From positions 16,048 through 80,047 of the forward strand of contig JBBUDY010000047.1 in NCBI GenBank assembly GCA_038057055.1: 64,000 nucleotides of DNA, read 5' to 3'. A program made the position numbers and the translations under genes. Source of the DNA: Patescibacteria group bacterium. GTDB taxonomy: Bacteria; Patescibacteriota; Minisyncoccia; Phycocordibacterales; Phycocordibacteraceae. Positions 9,455-18,405 of the stretch are shown piece by piece. The first letter of the stretch is position 1, and each line of letters starts with the position of its first letter. Under the pieces are notes generated by a model, which did not search any database, had not been told where the DNA came from, and worked only from the letters and a program-made list of their open reading frames with translations.

Positions 9455-10284
9455 CGCCACGCGAAGACCATATACGCATGCCCGGTATCACGGCCGATGA
9501 TGCGGTGTGGTGGAGCAGTAGGCTGTGCAAACGTGCGGAACCCGCCTGATTCAAGCAAGGAGAGCATACTGCTTAATGGTCGTGTGAAAAATCCGGGAGC
9601 ATAGTGATATTCAAGTTGAATCGCCGCAATAGAGCGCAACTTGTCTTTTGCGATAAGGTCTTCCAGTACGCCGAATTCCCCGCCTTCAATATCCATTTTG
9701 AGCAGGTCGATATTGCCGTCGATATAGTGTGAAAGTATATCGACTTCTACCGCATATGAAATAAGCGTACGCTTTTCATTTTTCATGAACTCGGTGGTAC
9801 TGCCGCCGCTACTCGTCTCAACCTTTTCGTCAACGAAGAAATCTACCGAACCCTTTTCTTTTCCGAGTGCGTATGGAAACACCTGTACTTCCTTCTCCCA
9901 TCCGTTCATCTCTATATTCTTCTCAAGCACCGCGCGGGCGGCGGGATTCGGTTCAAAACATATGACGTGTGCGTGTGGCGCGCGTATCTTTATGTACAGG
10001 AGTGACACGCCAATATTCGCACCGCAATCGATAACACGGATTGGCTCTTGTGTGGACGCAATGGAATATGTTTCTTTGAAGAAAATCTCGGTAAAAAGTC
10101 CAACAAAGTAATCAATTGAAGGGAAATAAAAGACGTATGGCCCTACCGGAACGTGCGCAAGAGCCCCCCCGCGTGGCGGGCTTAACTTATTCTTTAGGTG
10201 TACAAGCGTAAAGGCCCAAGCCGCTTTAAGCCCAAGAAGGGAGCGAAGTTGCGAAAACCGGGCGGCGTACCTGAAGAGTTTCAT
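9451..10284 (-). CDS. FkbM-family methyltransferase
   Basis: 'VIDCGANIGVSLLY…ICFEPNP' Methyltransf_21/FkbM signature. Confidence 0.7.
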   Translation of the reverse strand: MKLFRYAARFSQLRSLLGLKAAWAFTLVHLKNKLSPPRGGALAHVPVGPYVFYFPSIDYFVGLFTEIFFKETYSIASTQEPIRVIDCGANIGVSLLYIKIRAPHAHVICFEPNPAARAVLEKNIEMNGWEKEVQVFPYALGKEKGSVDFFVDEKVETSSGGSTTEFMKNEKRTLISYAVEVDILSHYIDGNIDLLKMDIEGGEFGVLEDLIAKDKLRSIAAIQLEYHYAPGFFTRPLSSMLSLLESGGFRTFAQPTAPPHRIIGRDTGHAYMVFAWR

Positions 10285-10301
10285 TTTCGGTCCATTCTAT
10301 C

Positions 10302-10745
10302 CTATTGTGGTGGTAATTGCTCGTTTTTCCTCCACACAAAGAGGAGATAGAGGGTATAATTCCATACGAATCCGAGGACGATACCGGCTGCATACGCGGC
10401 ATGGATAAGAACAAGATTACTTGTCTGATGCTCGGCGATGAATACAAAAAGCCATTGCAGAAAGACCGAACCGCTTACGACAAGATGGAAGCGCACGAGG
10501 CGCGACACAAGCGAGATATTGTGTCGTCGATCGTGGAATGAAAAACGATTGTTAAGATAAAAATTCGTCAAAATACCGGTTTCCGCGGCCACCACTACGG
10601 CGGTACTAAGAGAGAATATCTGCAAAAGTGGCCCAAGGATTTCAAAAGCTATTGTTTGTACAACAATTGCGACGACGCCAACCAAGAGGCTGCGTACAAG
10701 GCGCAAGCTCGCCATTTTTTTAGAGAACTGCAATACGACATCCAT
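10302..10745 (-). CDS. GtrA-family membrane protein (polyprenyl-P-sugar flippase component)
   Basis: ~140 aa, 4 TM. 'RFHLVVSGSVFLQWLFVFI…LGFVWNYTLYLLFVW' is typical of GtrA. Confidence 0.65.
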   Translation of the reverse strand: MDVVLQFSKKMASLRLVRSLLVGVVAIVVQTIAFEILGPLLQIFSLSTAVVVAAETGILTNFYLNNRFSFHDRRHNISLVSRLVRFHLVVSGSVFLQWLFVFIAEHQTSNLVLIHAAYAAGIVLGFVWNYTLYLLFVWRKNEQLPPQ

Positions 10746-10785
10746 TGTCCTGTACTATAGCGCACCCATATCGTAAGATATAGCA

Positions 10786-12150
10786 ATGGCATTTTTGCGG
10801 TCGCACAAAGTAGAAATCGCTATTTTTGTACTCGCGCTTGTCGTCCGCAGCCTATATTTTGGTGTGAGCCTTGAGTCTCGCGGAGGGGACACGATGGCGA
10901 CCATTTCTGGGGCAGATGGGTACACGACCATCAGTCGCAATGTGCTGGTCGGCAATGGGTACTCAAGCGATATACAACCGCCGTATACACCCAATTCTAT
11001 TCGACCACCGGTGTATCCGTATTTTCTCGTAGCCACATATCTTTTGTTCCATAGCTATATAAGCACGCTCGTGTTCCAAATTCTCATCGGGAGTATCTTG
11101 CCGCTCATCGGTATGGCGATTGCGGGTTACATCATCAATAAGCGTTCAGTGAGTATTGCCGTTGGCGTTTTGATGGCACTGGAGCCGTTCTCAATTCTCT
11201 TCTCGATATTTTTCTACAGCGAAACAATCTTCATGTTCCTATTCTCACTAAGTGTATTGCATCTCTTCCAATTTCTTAAGGAGGAAAGAATAATTCCACT
11301 CATTCTTTCTTCATCGCTGCTCGGACTTTCCATGTTAACGAAACCAACCGCACAATATGTCCCGATTATTTTTGTAGGCTTTATAGTATGGCACTATCGG
11401 ACGAAACTCTCCCAAGCACTTATCTATAGTGCGGGATACGCACTTATTTGTCTCCTTGTCGTTTCTCCATGGTTGTATAGGAATTATCACGAATTTGGTG
11501 TAGCGGGAATTAGTGCTCAACAGGGTTCCACGCTTTACACCATTCTTGTTCCGTCGATGCTGGCGATAAAAAATGGAACAACTTTCCAACAGGAGTTCAA
11601 TATCATTCTTGCACAAGGTGGTACCGATCCAAACAGCACGAGCATTTCTCAGTCTGCCGAATTCACCCACAAGGCCATTCCGATACTACTCGCCAACCCA
11701 TTGCCGCTTACACTCACGTTCGCCAATACAGGACTCAATTTTTTCATCCACGACGGTATGTATGACGTCTTGAAACATGTTGGGGTTAAGCCCACGACAT
11801 TTCTTGGAAAGCCCGCTCTCTTTCTGCTCTTCTCGGACCCCGGCAAATTGTTCTCCTATATCGGTAACGTCCTCTTTCAACCCCTCATCCTTATTCTTGT
11901 GGGACGTCTTGCGTGGATACTCATAACACTCTTATTTATTGCGGGTGTTGTGCGCGCATTCCGTGGGCAACAGATGACTATATACAAAACAATAGCGCTC
12001 ACACTTGTTGTATATTTTATGTTGGTGGCGCTTACTATCGGCCTTGCCGTTAACGCACGCTACCGCATGCCAATCAACTTACTCGTTTTTACTTTTGCCG
12101 TAAGTGAGGTGGTGATACTCGCACAATGGATACGTTTACGCCGCATATGA
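10786..12150 (+). CDS. GT-C fold membrane glycosyltransferase (GT39 / ArnT-PMT-like)
   Basis: 454 aa polytopic protein. 'IRPPVYPYFLVATYLLF' lies in the first periplasmic loop. The general PMT_2/ArnT topology is recognisable. Confidence 0.6.
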   Translation: MAFLRSHKVEIAIFVLALVVRSLYFGVSLESRGGDTMATISGADGYTTISRNVLVGNGYSSDIQPPYTPNSIRPPVYPYFLVATYLLFHSYISTLVFQILIGSILPLIGMAIAGYIINKRSVSIAVGVLMALEPFSILFSIFFYSETIFMFLFSLSVLHLFQFLKEERIIPLILSSSLLGLSMLTKPTAQYVPIIFVGFIVWHYRTKLSQALIYSAGYALICLLVVSPWLYRNYHEFGVAGISAQQGSTLYTILVPSMLAIKNGTTFQQEFNIILAQGGTDPNSTSISQSAEFTHKAIPILLANPLPLTLTFANTGLNFFIHDGMYDVLKHVGVKPTTFLGKPALFLLFSDPGKLFSYIGNVLFQPLILILVGRLAWILITLLFIAGVVRAFRGQQMTIYKTIALTLVVYFMLVALTIGLAVNARYRMPINLLVFTFAVSEVVILAQWIRLRRI

Positions 12151-12839
12151 CAAATAGAAAAATATCGGTCGTTGTCCCTTGTTACAACGAAGAACAGACA
12201 GTCGCGGAACTTCTCAACCGCCTTCAAGCTGCGCCGACGCCCGGGTGGGAAAAAGAAATAATCGTTGTTGATGATGCATCACGTGATGGGACACGCGATA
12301 TTTTAAAACAATACGAACAGACGATGCACGTTCTCTATTGCGAGAAGAATGGAGGGAAGGGCACGGCAGTGCGTCGTGGTGTAGAACAGGCGACGGGGGA
12401 CTATGTGCTCATTCAAGATGCCGATCTTGAATATGACCCGGCTGATATACAGAATCTGCTCGCAATCATTGAGGCAGGTACGGCAGAGGTGGTATACGGC
12501 TCTCGCAATCTAAGTCCGCGGACACGACGAGGAGGTTTTATACCGCGTCTCGGTGTCTGGTTCATCACGCAACTTATCAATACGCTCTACCGGTTATCAC
12601 TCACTGATGTATGGACCTGCTATAAGCTTTTCCCGCGGGAAGCAGTCGGCGACTTGGTCGCTGGACGTTTTGAGTCTGAATTACTTTTCACCGCAGCGCT
12701 TGCGCGCCGCAAGTATCGCTTCGCTGAAGCACCCATATCTTATGCTCCTCGCCCCATTGCCGAAGGGAAGAAAATTCGCTATCGAGATGGATTTTACGCA
12801 ATTTTTATAATCATAGTGGACTGGGTAAGGCATCTATGA
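12147..12839 (+). CDS. GT2 polyprenol-phosphate sugar synthase (DPM1/ArnC/GtrB-like)
   Basis: 'ISVVVPCYNEE', 'VVDDASRDGT', 'IQDADLEYDP' (DxD) motifs. ATG at 12147 overlaps the upstream stop (ATGA). Confidence 0.8.
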   Translation: MTNRKISVVVPCYNEEQTVAELLNRLQAAPTPGWEKEIIVVDDASRDGTRDILKQYEQTMHVLYCEKNGGKGTAVRRGVEQATGDYVLIQDADLEYDPADIQNLLAIIEAGTAEVVYGSRNLSPRTRRGGFIPRLGVWFITQLINTLYRLSLTDVWTCYKLFPREAVGDLVAGRFESELLFTAALARRKYRFAEAPISYAPRPIAEGKKIRYRDGFYAIFIIIVDWVRHL

Positions 12840-13972
12840 GGCTCTATTACATCGCAAATGCCCGTATGCCGAATGAAAAAGGGCATGGTATCCAGATTGC
12901 TGAAATGTGTGATGCCTTTATTAAGGCGGGTGTAGACCTCACGCTCGTTGTACCGGAGCGGAGCGTTACGCAGGAAGATATGAAAACGTTCTACGCGCTG
13001 CAACAGCCGGTGCCGCTCGTGCAATTATGGATTCCGAAACTCTTTGTGTTTGGGAAATTTGGTTTTTTCATGAGCTCGCTGTTCTTTATGATGTGTTATT
13101 CGTTCTTCCTTGTGGGGAGACGCATGCGGGGAGAGCGTTTTTTCATCTATACGATAGATATGGATGGATTCTCCAGTACCCTCCTTCCTTTTTTTGGGCC
13201 ATGCGTTACCGAAATGCACACACCGAAGAAAATGTCTTTAGCACAAAAGATCTTCTTCAGTCGATTGCGAGGCGTGATTGCCACGACCACTCTCACAAGA
13301 GATTCATTGGTCAAGACTTTTTCGTTCCCACACAAGAACTGCATCGTAGAACCAAATGGGGTCGATGTGGGGAGATTTGCTGCTCCCCTGTCGAAAGAAA
13401 ATGCTCGTCGCCGGCTCTCGCTCCCACTGTCGAGCAAGTTTGCATTTTATGTGGGCAGATTTTACGAATGGAAAGGGTTGGATATTCTCCCGGCTGCATG
13501 TCGAGAACTCCTCTCTAAGGACATTGAATGTTATGTCGTTGGAGGCACCGAACAACAGTTCAAAGAGGTTACGAGTGAGAACATCCCAGATAATTTGCAC
13601 ATTATGGGGGCAAAAAGCCCCACAGAAACGCCTCTGTGGCTTGCGGCGTGTGATACAGCCCTGGTATTAGGAACCGCACGTAATGACGCCTCATTCCGTT
13701 TTACCTCCCCTATGAAATTGTTTGAGTATATGGCGGCACGGGTTCCTATTGTGGCGAGTGACACCCCCGCCCTACAAGACGTACTCACGACACAAGAAAC
13801 GTTTTTCTATGAGCATGATAATGCAGCTTCACTTGCGGAGAAAATAATTGAGTCAATCAACAATACGGAAGAAACTACTCTACACATCGAGCGTGCCTAC
13901 ACCAAAGTACAACATCACACACTCCAAGCGCGCGCGGCACGCATTCTCGATTTTATCGAAGCGGTCAAATAA
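12836..13972 (+). CDS. glycosyltransferase family 4
   Basis: 'FYVGRFYEWKGLDIL…FEYMAARVPIVASDTPAL'. Confidence 0.75.
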   Translation: MRLYYIANARMPNEKGHGIQIAEMCDAFIKAGVDLTLVVPERSVTQEDMKTFYALQQPVPLVQLWIPKLFVFGKFGFFMSSLFFMMCYSFFLVGRRMRGERFFIYTIDMDGFSSTLLPFFGPCVTEMHTPKKMSLAQKIFFSRLRGVIATTTLTRDSLVKTFSFPHKNCIVEPNGVDVGRFAAPLSKENARRRLSLPLSSKFAFYVGRFYEWKGLDILPAACRELLSKDIECYVVGGTEQQFKEVTSENIPDNLHIMGAKSPTETPLWLAACDTALVLGTARNDASFRFTSPMKLFEYMAARVPIVASDTPALQDVLTTQETFFYEHDNAASLAEKIIESINNTEETTLHIERAYTKVQHHTLQARAARILDFIEAVK

Positions 13973-13973
13973 T

Positions 13974-14984
13974 ATGTACATAAGAAAAGCCCTCACGTTC
14001 CGTGCTTCCTCGATTGGCGATTGTTTGATGGGGAAGTATTTGCTTGAAAATATCCATCAGCAATTCCCGAATGCTCGCCTTGGTATCGTCGTAGGAAGCC
14101 GAGCGGGTATGATACGTGATTTATGTGCGGCCTACCCGTGGCTTCTCGTGATTGAAGCAAATCGTCGCAGCCCGAAATCACTCATCTCATTGTGGAAAGA
14201 TTTCCATGGGAGCGATTTAGTCGTGACCCAATATGCAGGAAAACCGGGTGGACGTTTCTCTCTCTGGAGCAAGCTTTTTGCGCGATTACTTGCGAAGAAA
14301 GGAGGACTGATCGGGTTCAGTGATGCGTCAAAGATGAATGGATTTTTGTATGACACGTTACTTCCGTTTTCGAGAAGTGCTACTCCTGCATCCGCCGAAC
14401 GGGAGGCACTCCGTGCCGCGGATATTCCACGTGCGCTAGAGTGGCCAATCCTACAAGGGGGAAAAACACAGGACGCCACATCGAAATTCGACGATATCTC
14501 GGGGAATTATATTGTGGTGCATCTTTTCGCTGGTAATAAAAGTCGGGGACTGCATCCAAATAAGAAACGCGAATTACTTGAGGCGCTTACGAAAAGATTT
14601 CCTGGCACTTCTTTAGTCATAAGCGGGGGAGCCGGTGATGCAGAAGAAGCAGTGCAGATAGCAGGGGGGTTACCGACGACGGTTATTGCAGGTGAAGCAA
14701 CCCTGCAAGAGCTTATGTCCATCATCAATAGAAGTCGCGGTGTTGTGAGTATTGATACAGGTGTTGCCCATATCACTGCGCAGCTAAGGAAGCCACTCGT
14801 GGTGCTTACCGGCTGTCTGGGGGCGCATTGGTGGGAAATCGAGCAATATGGGGCCGGTGCACCCATTACGGTCTGCTCCCGTGCTGACCTTTGCGCCCGC
14901 GGGCATGTGTCTAAAGACTACCCGGATTGCCTCAATGAAATAGCTGTGTCCGACGTTGTGAACGCCGTCGTACCGTTAGTTTAA
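13974..14984 (+). CDS. glycosyltransferase family 9 (heptosyltransferase-like)
   Basis: 'RASSIGDCLMGKYLL' N-motif, 'VVSIDTGVAHITAQL' GT9 signature. Start at ATG 13974, directly after the upstream stop. Confidence 0.65.
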   Translation: MYIRKALTFRASSIGDCLMGKYLLENIHQQFPNARLGIVVGSRAGMIRDLCAAYPWLLVIEANRRSPKSLISLWKDFHGSDLVVTQYAGKPGGRFSLWSKLFARLLAKKGGLIGFSDASKMNGFLYDTLLPFSRSATPASAEREALRAADIPRALEWPILQGGKTQDATSKFDDISGNYIVVHLFAGNKSRGLHPNKKRELLEALTKRFPGTSLVISGGAGDAEEAVQIAGGLPTTVIAGEATLQELMSIINRSRGVVSIDTGVAHITAQLRKPLVVLTGCLGAHWWEIEQYGAGAPITVCSRADLCARGHVSKDYPDCLNEIAVSDVVNAVVPLV

Positions 14985-15877
14985 AACGCAAAAGTTGCAT
15001 ACTTATTCTCAAAGTATGTAGCCGTGTCCTGATAGTATTCCCAGTCCAAAGGTTCGTTTGATACGACGATATGAGGAATATTACCGAACCACGCGGCAAG
15101 ATTGCTGAAGGTTGAGTTGGTACCAATGACGACACTACATTTTGAAAGCAAAAAGAGATTAGTTGCCTCGTGTTCTTTGGAGAAATGAGTTTTGAGATCT
15201 CCAAATACAGAGGGCGATAGTGCGTTATCAGAGACGACGAGAAGCGCCACATCAGTGCGACGCAATTTTTTCTCGCGTATATATTCCTCTACAATATGCT
15301 GTGTGCGTTCTGGGGAGACAAGGAACTCGCCATTGTCGCACCAAGGATATGGCTTTTGTTTGATGTGGACGCCAATAAGAGTATGTTTCTTCTGAAGAGG
15401 TGACACGATGTGTTCTATGGTTTTCTGTATTTTTTGCACCGGAGCAAACGCGGTTATCAATTCATTTCGGTAGCGCGTGAGGCCGACCGGATTTCTGAAG
15501 AACCATCCAAAGAAGTAGGTTGTGGTGCACGTCTCTGTCTTTTCAGTGGGCGGCCTTGTTGGCGGAAGGTAGTGGTATTCGCTCAATGCGAGAAGGGAAC
15601 ATGCGGCGTGTGAACGAATCATATAACTAGCGTAAAGCGAATATACTCTTCCCCAGAGACGATTTAAAAAGCTTCCGGTCCACTTGGACAGAACAGAGAG
15701 GAGTCGTGTTGCACGTGTCTCTTCTTTGAGAAGAGTGAAGAATGGGTGTCGTTCGAAGAATGAAGGATTCGATACTGTTGCGCCAGTAGCGAGACCGCAG
15801 GCATAGACGCTCAAGTAGTTCAAAAGCTCATTTGCGAGTTCTTTGCACCCAGGTTTTATGATGACAAGTCTCCTCAT
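14981..15877 (-). CDS. GT11-like (alpha-1,2-fucosyltransferase-like) glycosyltransferase
   Basis: 'LIGVHIKQ' region plus C-terminal 'LLSKCSVVIGTNSTFSNLAAWFG', which resembles the GT11 motif (…S.STFSWW…). Confidence 0.45.
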   Translation of the reverse strand: MRRLVIIKPGCKELANELLNYLSVYACGLATGATVSNPSFFERHPFFTLLKEETRATRLLSVLSKWTGSFLNRLWGRVYSLYASYMIRSHAACSLLALSEYHYLPPTRPPTEKTETCTTTYFFGWFFRNPVGLTRYRNELITAFAPVQKIQKTIEHIVSPLQKKHTLIGVHIKQKPYPWCDNGEFLVSPERTQHIVEEYIREKKLRRTDVALLVVSDNALSPSVFGDLKTHFSKEHEATNLFLLSKCSVVIGTNSTFSNLAAWFGNIPHIVVSNEPLDWEYYQDTATYFENKYATFAF

Positions 15878-16584
15878 AGTGGTTGCGAAAGCTCAATCCA
15901 GGGCTTCTTAAGCATGGGGAGGGCCCAGAGCGGCGTCGTGCGTGCATACCGGTGCATATAGAGGAGTTGAGCAGTGTTTGTGTACGGGAGACACTCGATG
16001 AGATTCATAAAAGATGAGTCAATGACGTGTATTCCGGCAGCACGTTCTATTGCTGTGCAATAATCAAAAATGTTATCAGTGAGGTCCCTATTCGGTCGAA
16101 ATAGTTTGAGCGCGGGTGAAATCCGCGCAAGGTTAAGCGGGTAACGTGCATCGTCGTGGACGAACAAATACGGCTGCGACAGGCCGGCTTTTTGAAATAG
16201 AGCCTCTTCCTTCACACGGTCTCTTCCAACAAAGAAGCTTTCCCATTTTTTCTCTAGGGGAACATCGAATGTTTTATACACTTGACGTTCAAATCTAATC
16301 CCAGATTCTTGATCATAGGAGTCAATCGCCCGCACCTCGTCATAGTGGTTACGACCGATTCTGAACGGATTGAAAAATCGGAAGCGGTATCGCTCTTTGT
16401 GTGACCGCACCACGTGTATACGGAGATTGGTAAGGTCGCGGTACATGAATAAAACTGAAGGATAATTGCGCTCGAGACAAAAAATGCCAACAACTGCGTA
16501 TTTCTTACAACACTCCCGGACGAGACCGTTACAAATTACCTCATCGCCCATTCCGTGATGGAAATCAAGTAACATGCTCGACAT
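15874..16584 (-). CDS. hypothetical protein with weak GT9-like motifs
   Basis: 'LLDFHHGMGDEVICNGLV' (resembles the GT9 N-terminal LGD motif) and 'IHVIDSSFMNLIECL' (resembles …NDSGPMHLAAAL). Only 236 aa. Confidence 0.3.
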   Translation of the reverse strand: MSSMLLDFHHGMGDEVICNGLVRECCKKYAVVGIFCLERNYPSVLFMYRDLTNLRIHVVRSHKERYRFRFFNPFRIGRNHYDEVRAIDSYDQESGIRFERQVYKTFDVPLEKKWESFFVGRDRVKEEALFQKAGLSQPYLFVHDDARYPLNLARISPALKLFRPNRDLTDNIFDYCTAIERAAGIHVIDSSFMNLIECLPYTNTAQLLYMHRYARTTPLWALPMLKKPWIELSQPL

Positions 16585-16603
16585 ACGGGTGATAATACTA
16601 CTA

Positions 16604-17197
16604 TTACTTGACGAGCGTAATCTCTATATTTCGTGCAGGGAAAAGATAACAGAATCCCGTCATTTCATAGAGTTCCTGATACCGAGGTTTGCGGTTCACT
16701 AGATACTCAACGAGCCGATTGTAGAAAAAGAGACGAGATGAAGTGTAATCAAAATCAATACGCACCGAAGCAATGGTACTAAATGCAAAATCAAAGTAAT
16801 ACCCCCGCTTTCTCCCCATATGCGTTCCGCGGACGAAGAAATCAAAAGTGCTGACACAGAAACGTTTTTTGTGTGTCGGGTCGCCGTAATTGTTACGCGA
16901 AGTGAAATGGGGGACACGGATATGGACGGCACCCCCGGGAGCAAGTATGCGTAAAATATCTTTTAAAACGGGAATGTATTCAACATGTTCCAAAATATCG
17001 TTACACAAAACTTCATCAAAACTATTATCCGCAAAGGGTAACGGAAGGTTCTCGATATCGTGCACAATATCAACACCGGGCAGAGGGGCAGAGTCTAGAT
17101 TGACCCATCCTTCCTTGATATGCGTTCCGCATCCAAGGTTTAGTTTCTGCAACACAGGAGAAGATGATTTCATTGTGGCGTGAGACAATCTGGACAC
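16604..17197 (-). CDS. class I SAM-dependent methyltransferase
   Basis: 'LNLGCGTHIKEGWVNLD', 'FDEVLCNDILEHV', 'LAPGGAVHIRVP'. Confidence 0.7.
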   Translation of the reverse strand: MSRLSHATMKSSSPVLQKLNLGCGTHIKEGWVNLDSAPLPGVDIVHDIENLPLPFADNSFDEVLCNDILEHVEYIPVLKDILRILAPGGAVHIRVPHFTSRNNYGDPTHKKRFCVSTFDFFVRGTHMGRKRGYYFDFAFSTIASVRIDFDYTSSRLFFYNRLVEYLVNRKPRYQELYEMTGFCYLFPARNIEITLVK

Positions 17198-17216
17198 CGC
17201 TCTATAGTACTATAGT
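17198..17216. promoter_or_regulatory. 14-bp perfect palindrome CTATAGTACTATAG in a 19-bp divergent intergenic region (two opposed TATAGT -10-like boxes)
   Basis: Read directly from the sequence. It lies between the minus-strand MTase start (17197) and the plus-strand kinase start (17217). Confidence 0.4.
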
Positions 17217-17978
17217 ATGGGTGTCATATCATCTATGAAGAAAATCCTCGTTATCGGTGAGAGTTGCAAGGACGTATTCATCTACTGTAATGCAGACCGC
17301 CTCGCCCCCGATTTGCCGGTTCCAGTGTTGACCATCATTGAGCAAAAGGAGAACCCCGGGATGGCAGCGAACGTGGAGCAGAACATAAAGAGCCTTTTTC
17401 CACATGTCGATTTGTGTACCAACGACGGCTGGGAAAAGGGCACCAAGACGCGCTATATGCATCAGTCCACCAACCATATATTTATCCGTGTGGACACAAA
17501 TAATCGCATTCCACGAGTAGCGATACAGAACGTCCCTCTCTCGCAGTATGACGCCATTGCCATCTCTGATTACAACAAAGGCTTCTTGACCGAGGAAGAT
17601 ATTCAATACGTATGCGAACATCACAATCTCGTTTTTATTGATACGAAAAAAGTATTGGGCGATTGGGTAGCAAAGGCGAAGTATATAAAGATAAATAACA
17701 AAGAGTACGAACTCTCAAAGCCATACATCTCGCCTGCGATACAGAGCAAGATTATTTATACGAAAGGGGAGCAAGGAGCTTTCTTCAACAGGAAGAATTA
17801 TCCTGTCCACAAGAAAGTGGAAGTGAGAGATCTCACGGGGGCGGGGGACACTTTCTTCGCCGCGCTAATTGTGAAATATGTTGAGACAGGAGATATCGAG
17901 CAATCAATCGTCTTTGCAAATGAATGTGCCGCTGAAGTAGTGAAGCACAAGGGAGTAACGGTAATACAGAAGAGTTAA
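17217..17978 (+). CDS. PfkB-family sugar kinase, D-glycero-beta-D-manno-heptose 7-phosphate kinase-like (HldE/RfaE domain I-like)
   Basis: 'KILVIGESCKDVFIYCNADRLAPDLPVPVL…GMAANVEQNI' matches the RfaE domain-I N-terminus. 'DLTGAGDTF' is the ribokinase-family anion hole. An alternative start is at 17235. Confidence 0.6.
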   Translation: MGVISSMKKILVIGESCKDVFIYCNADRLAPDLPVPVLTIIEQKENPGMAANVEQNIKSLFPHVDLCTNDGWEKGTKTRYMHQSTNHIFIRVDTNNRIPRVAIQNVPLSQYDAIAISDYNKGFLTEEDIQYVCEHHNLVFIDTKKVLGDWVAKAKYIKINNKEYELSKPYISPAIQSKIIYTKGEQGAFFNRKNYPVHKKVEVRDLTGAGDTFFAALIVKYVETGDIEQSIVFANECAAEVVKHKGVTVIQKS

Positions 17979-18382
17979 GATTTCTTTTGGCCGTTGCGCT
18001 GACTATCACCTTTGCCGATACGGTAGGAGTCTGCTTCGTCGTGCGGGGTAGAGACCTCTATAACAATCGAAGCTTCAAGTGCGTGAAGCTGGTGGGGCTT
18101 TGTCGGCGGAATATGCACCACGTCCCCTTTTTTAAGGATGGTAACTTTCTTTTCGGCATTCGTAAGGTTGTAATGGCGTAATTCAAGCTTGCCTTCGAGC
18201 ACATACCACGTCTCGTCTTTGTTCACATGAAAATGATCACTAAAGAGAGCCCCTTTGTTGAATGTGAGGAGCTTACCGCAATACTGATTGGTATTGATAA
18301 TCCAAATTTCTTCCCCCCAACCTTTCGGGTGCTTTTCAGGTTTCAATATTCGTATGTCTGCCATATAATGGCAGAATATCAT
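17975..18382 (-). CDS. cupin-domain protein
   Basis: 'EEIWIIN…GKLLTFNKGALFSDHFH…ETWYVLEGKLEL' has the two-motif cupin pattern. Confidence 0.55.
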   Translation of the reverse strand: MIFCHYMADIRILKPEKHPKGWGEEIWIINTNQYCGKLLTFNKGALFSDHFHVNKDETWYVLEGKLELRHYNLTNAEKKVTILKKGDVVHIPPTKPHQLHALEASIVIEVSTPHDEADSYRIGKGDSQRNGQKKS

Positions 18383-18405
18383 ACCGCAGTATATAATTCC
18401 CCTCT
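18383..18405. promoter_or_regulatory. 23-bp divergent intergenic region with overlapping opposed -10 boxes (TATAAT on + 8 nt before the ATG at 18406; TATACT on - 5 nt before the minus-strand ATG at 18382)
   Basis: Sequence 'accgcagTATATAATtcccctctATG' and its reverse complement 'gaattATATACTgcggtATG'. Confidence 0.4.
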
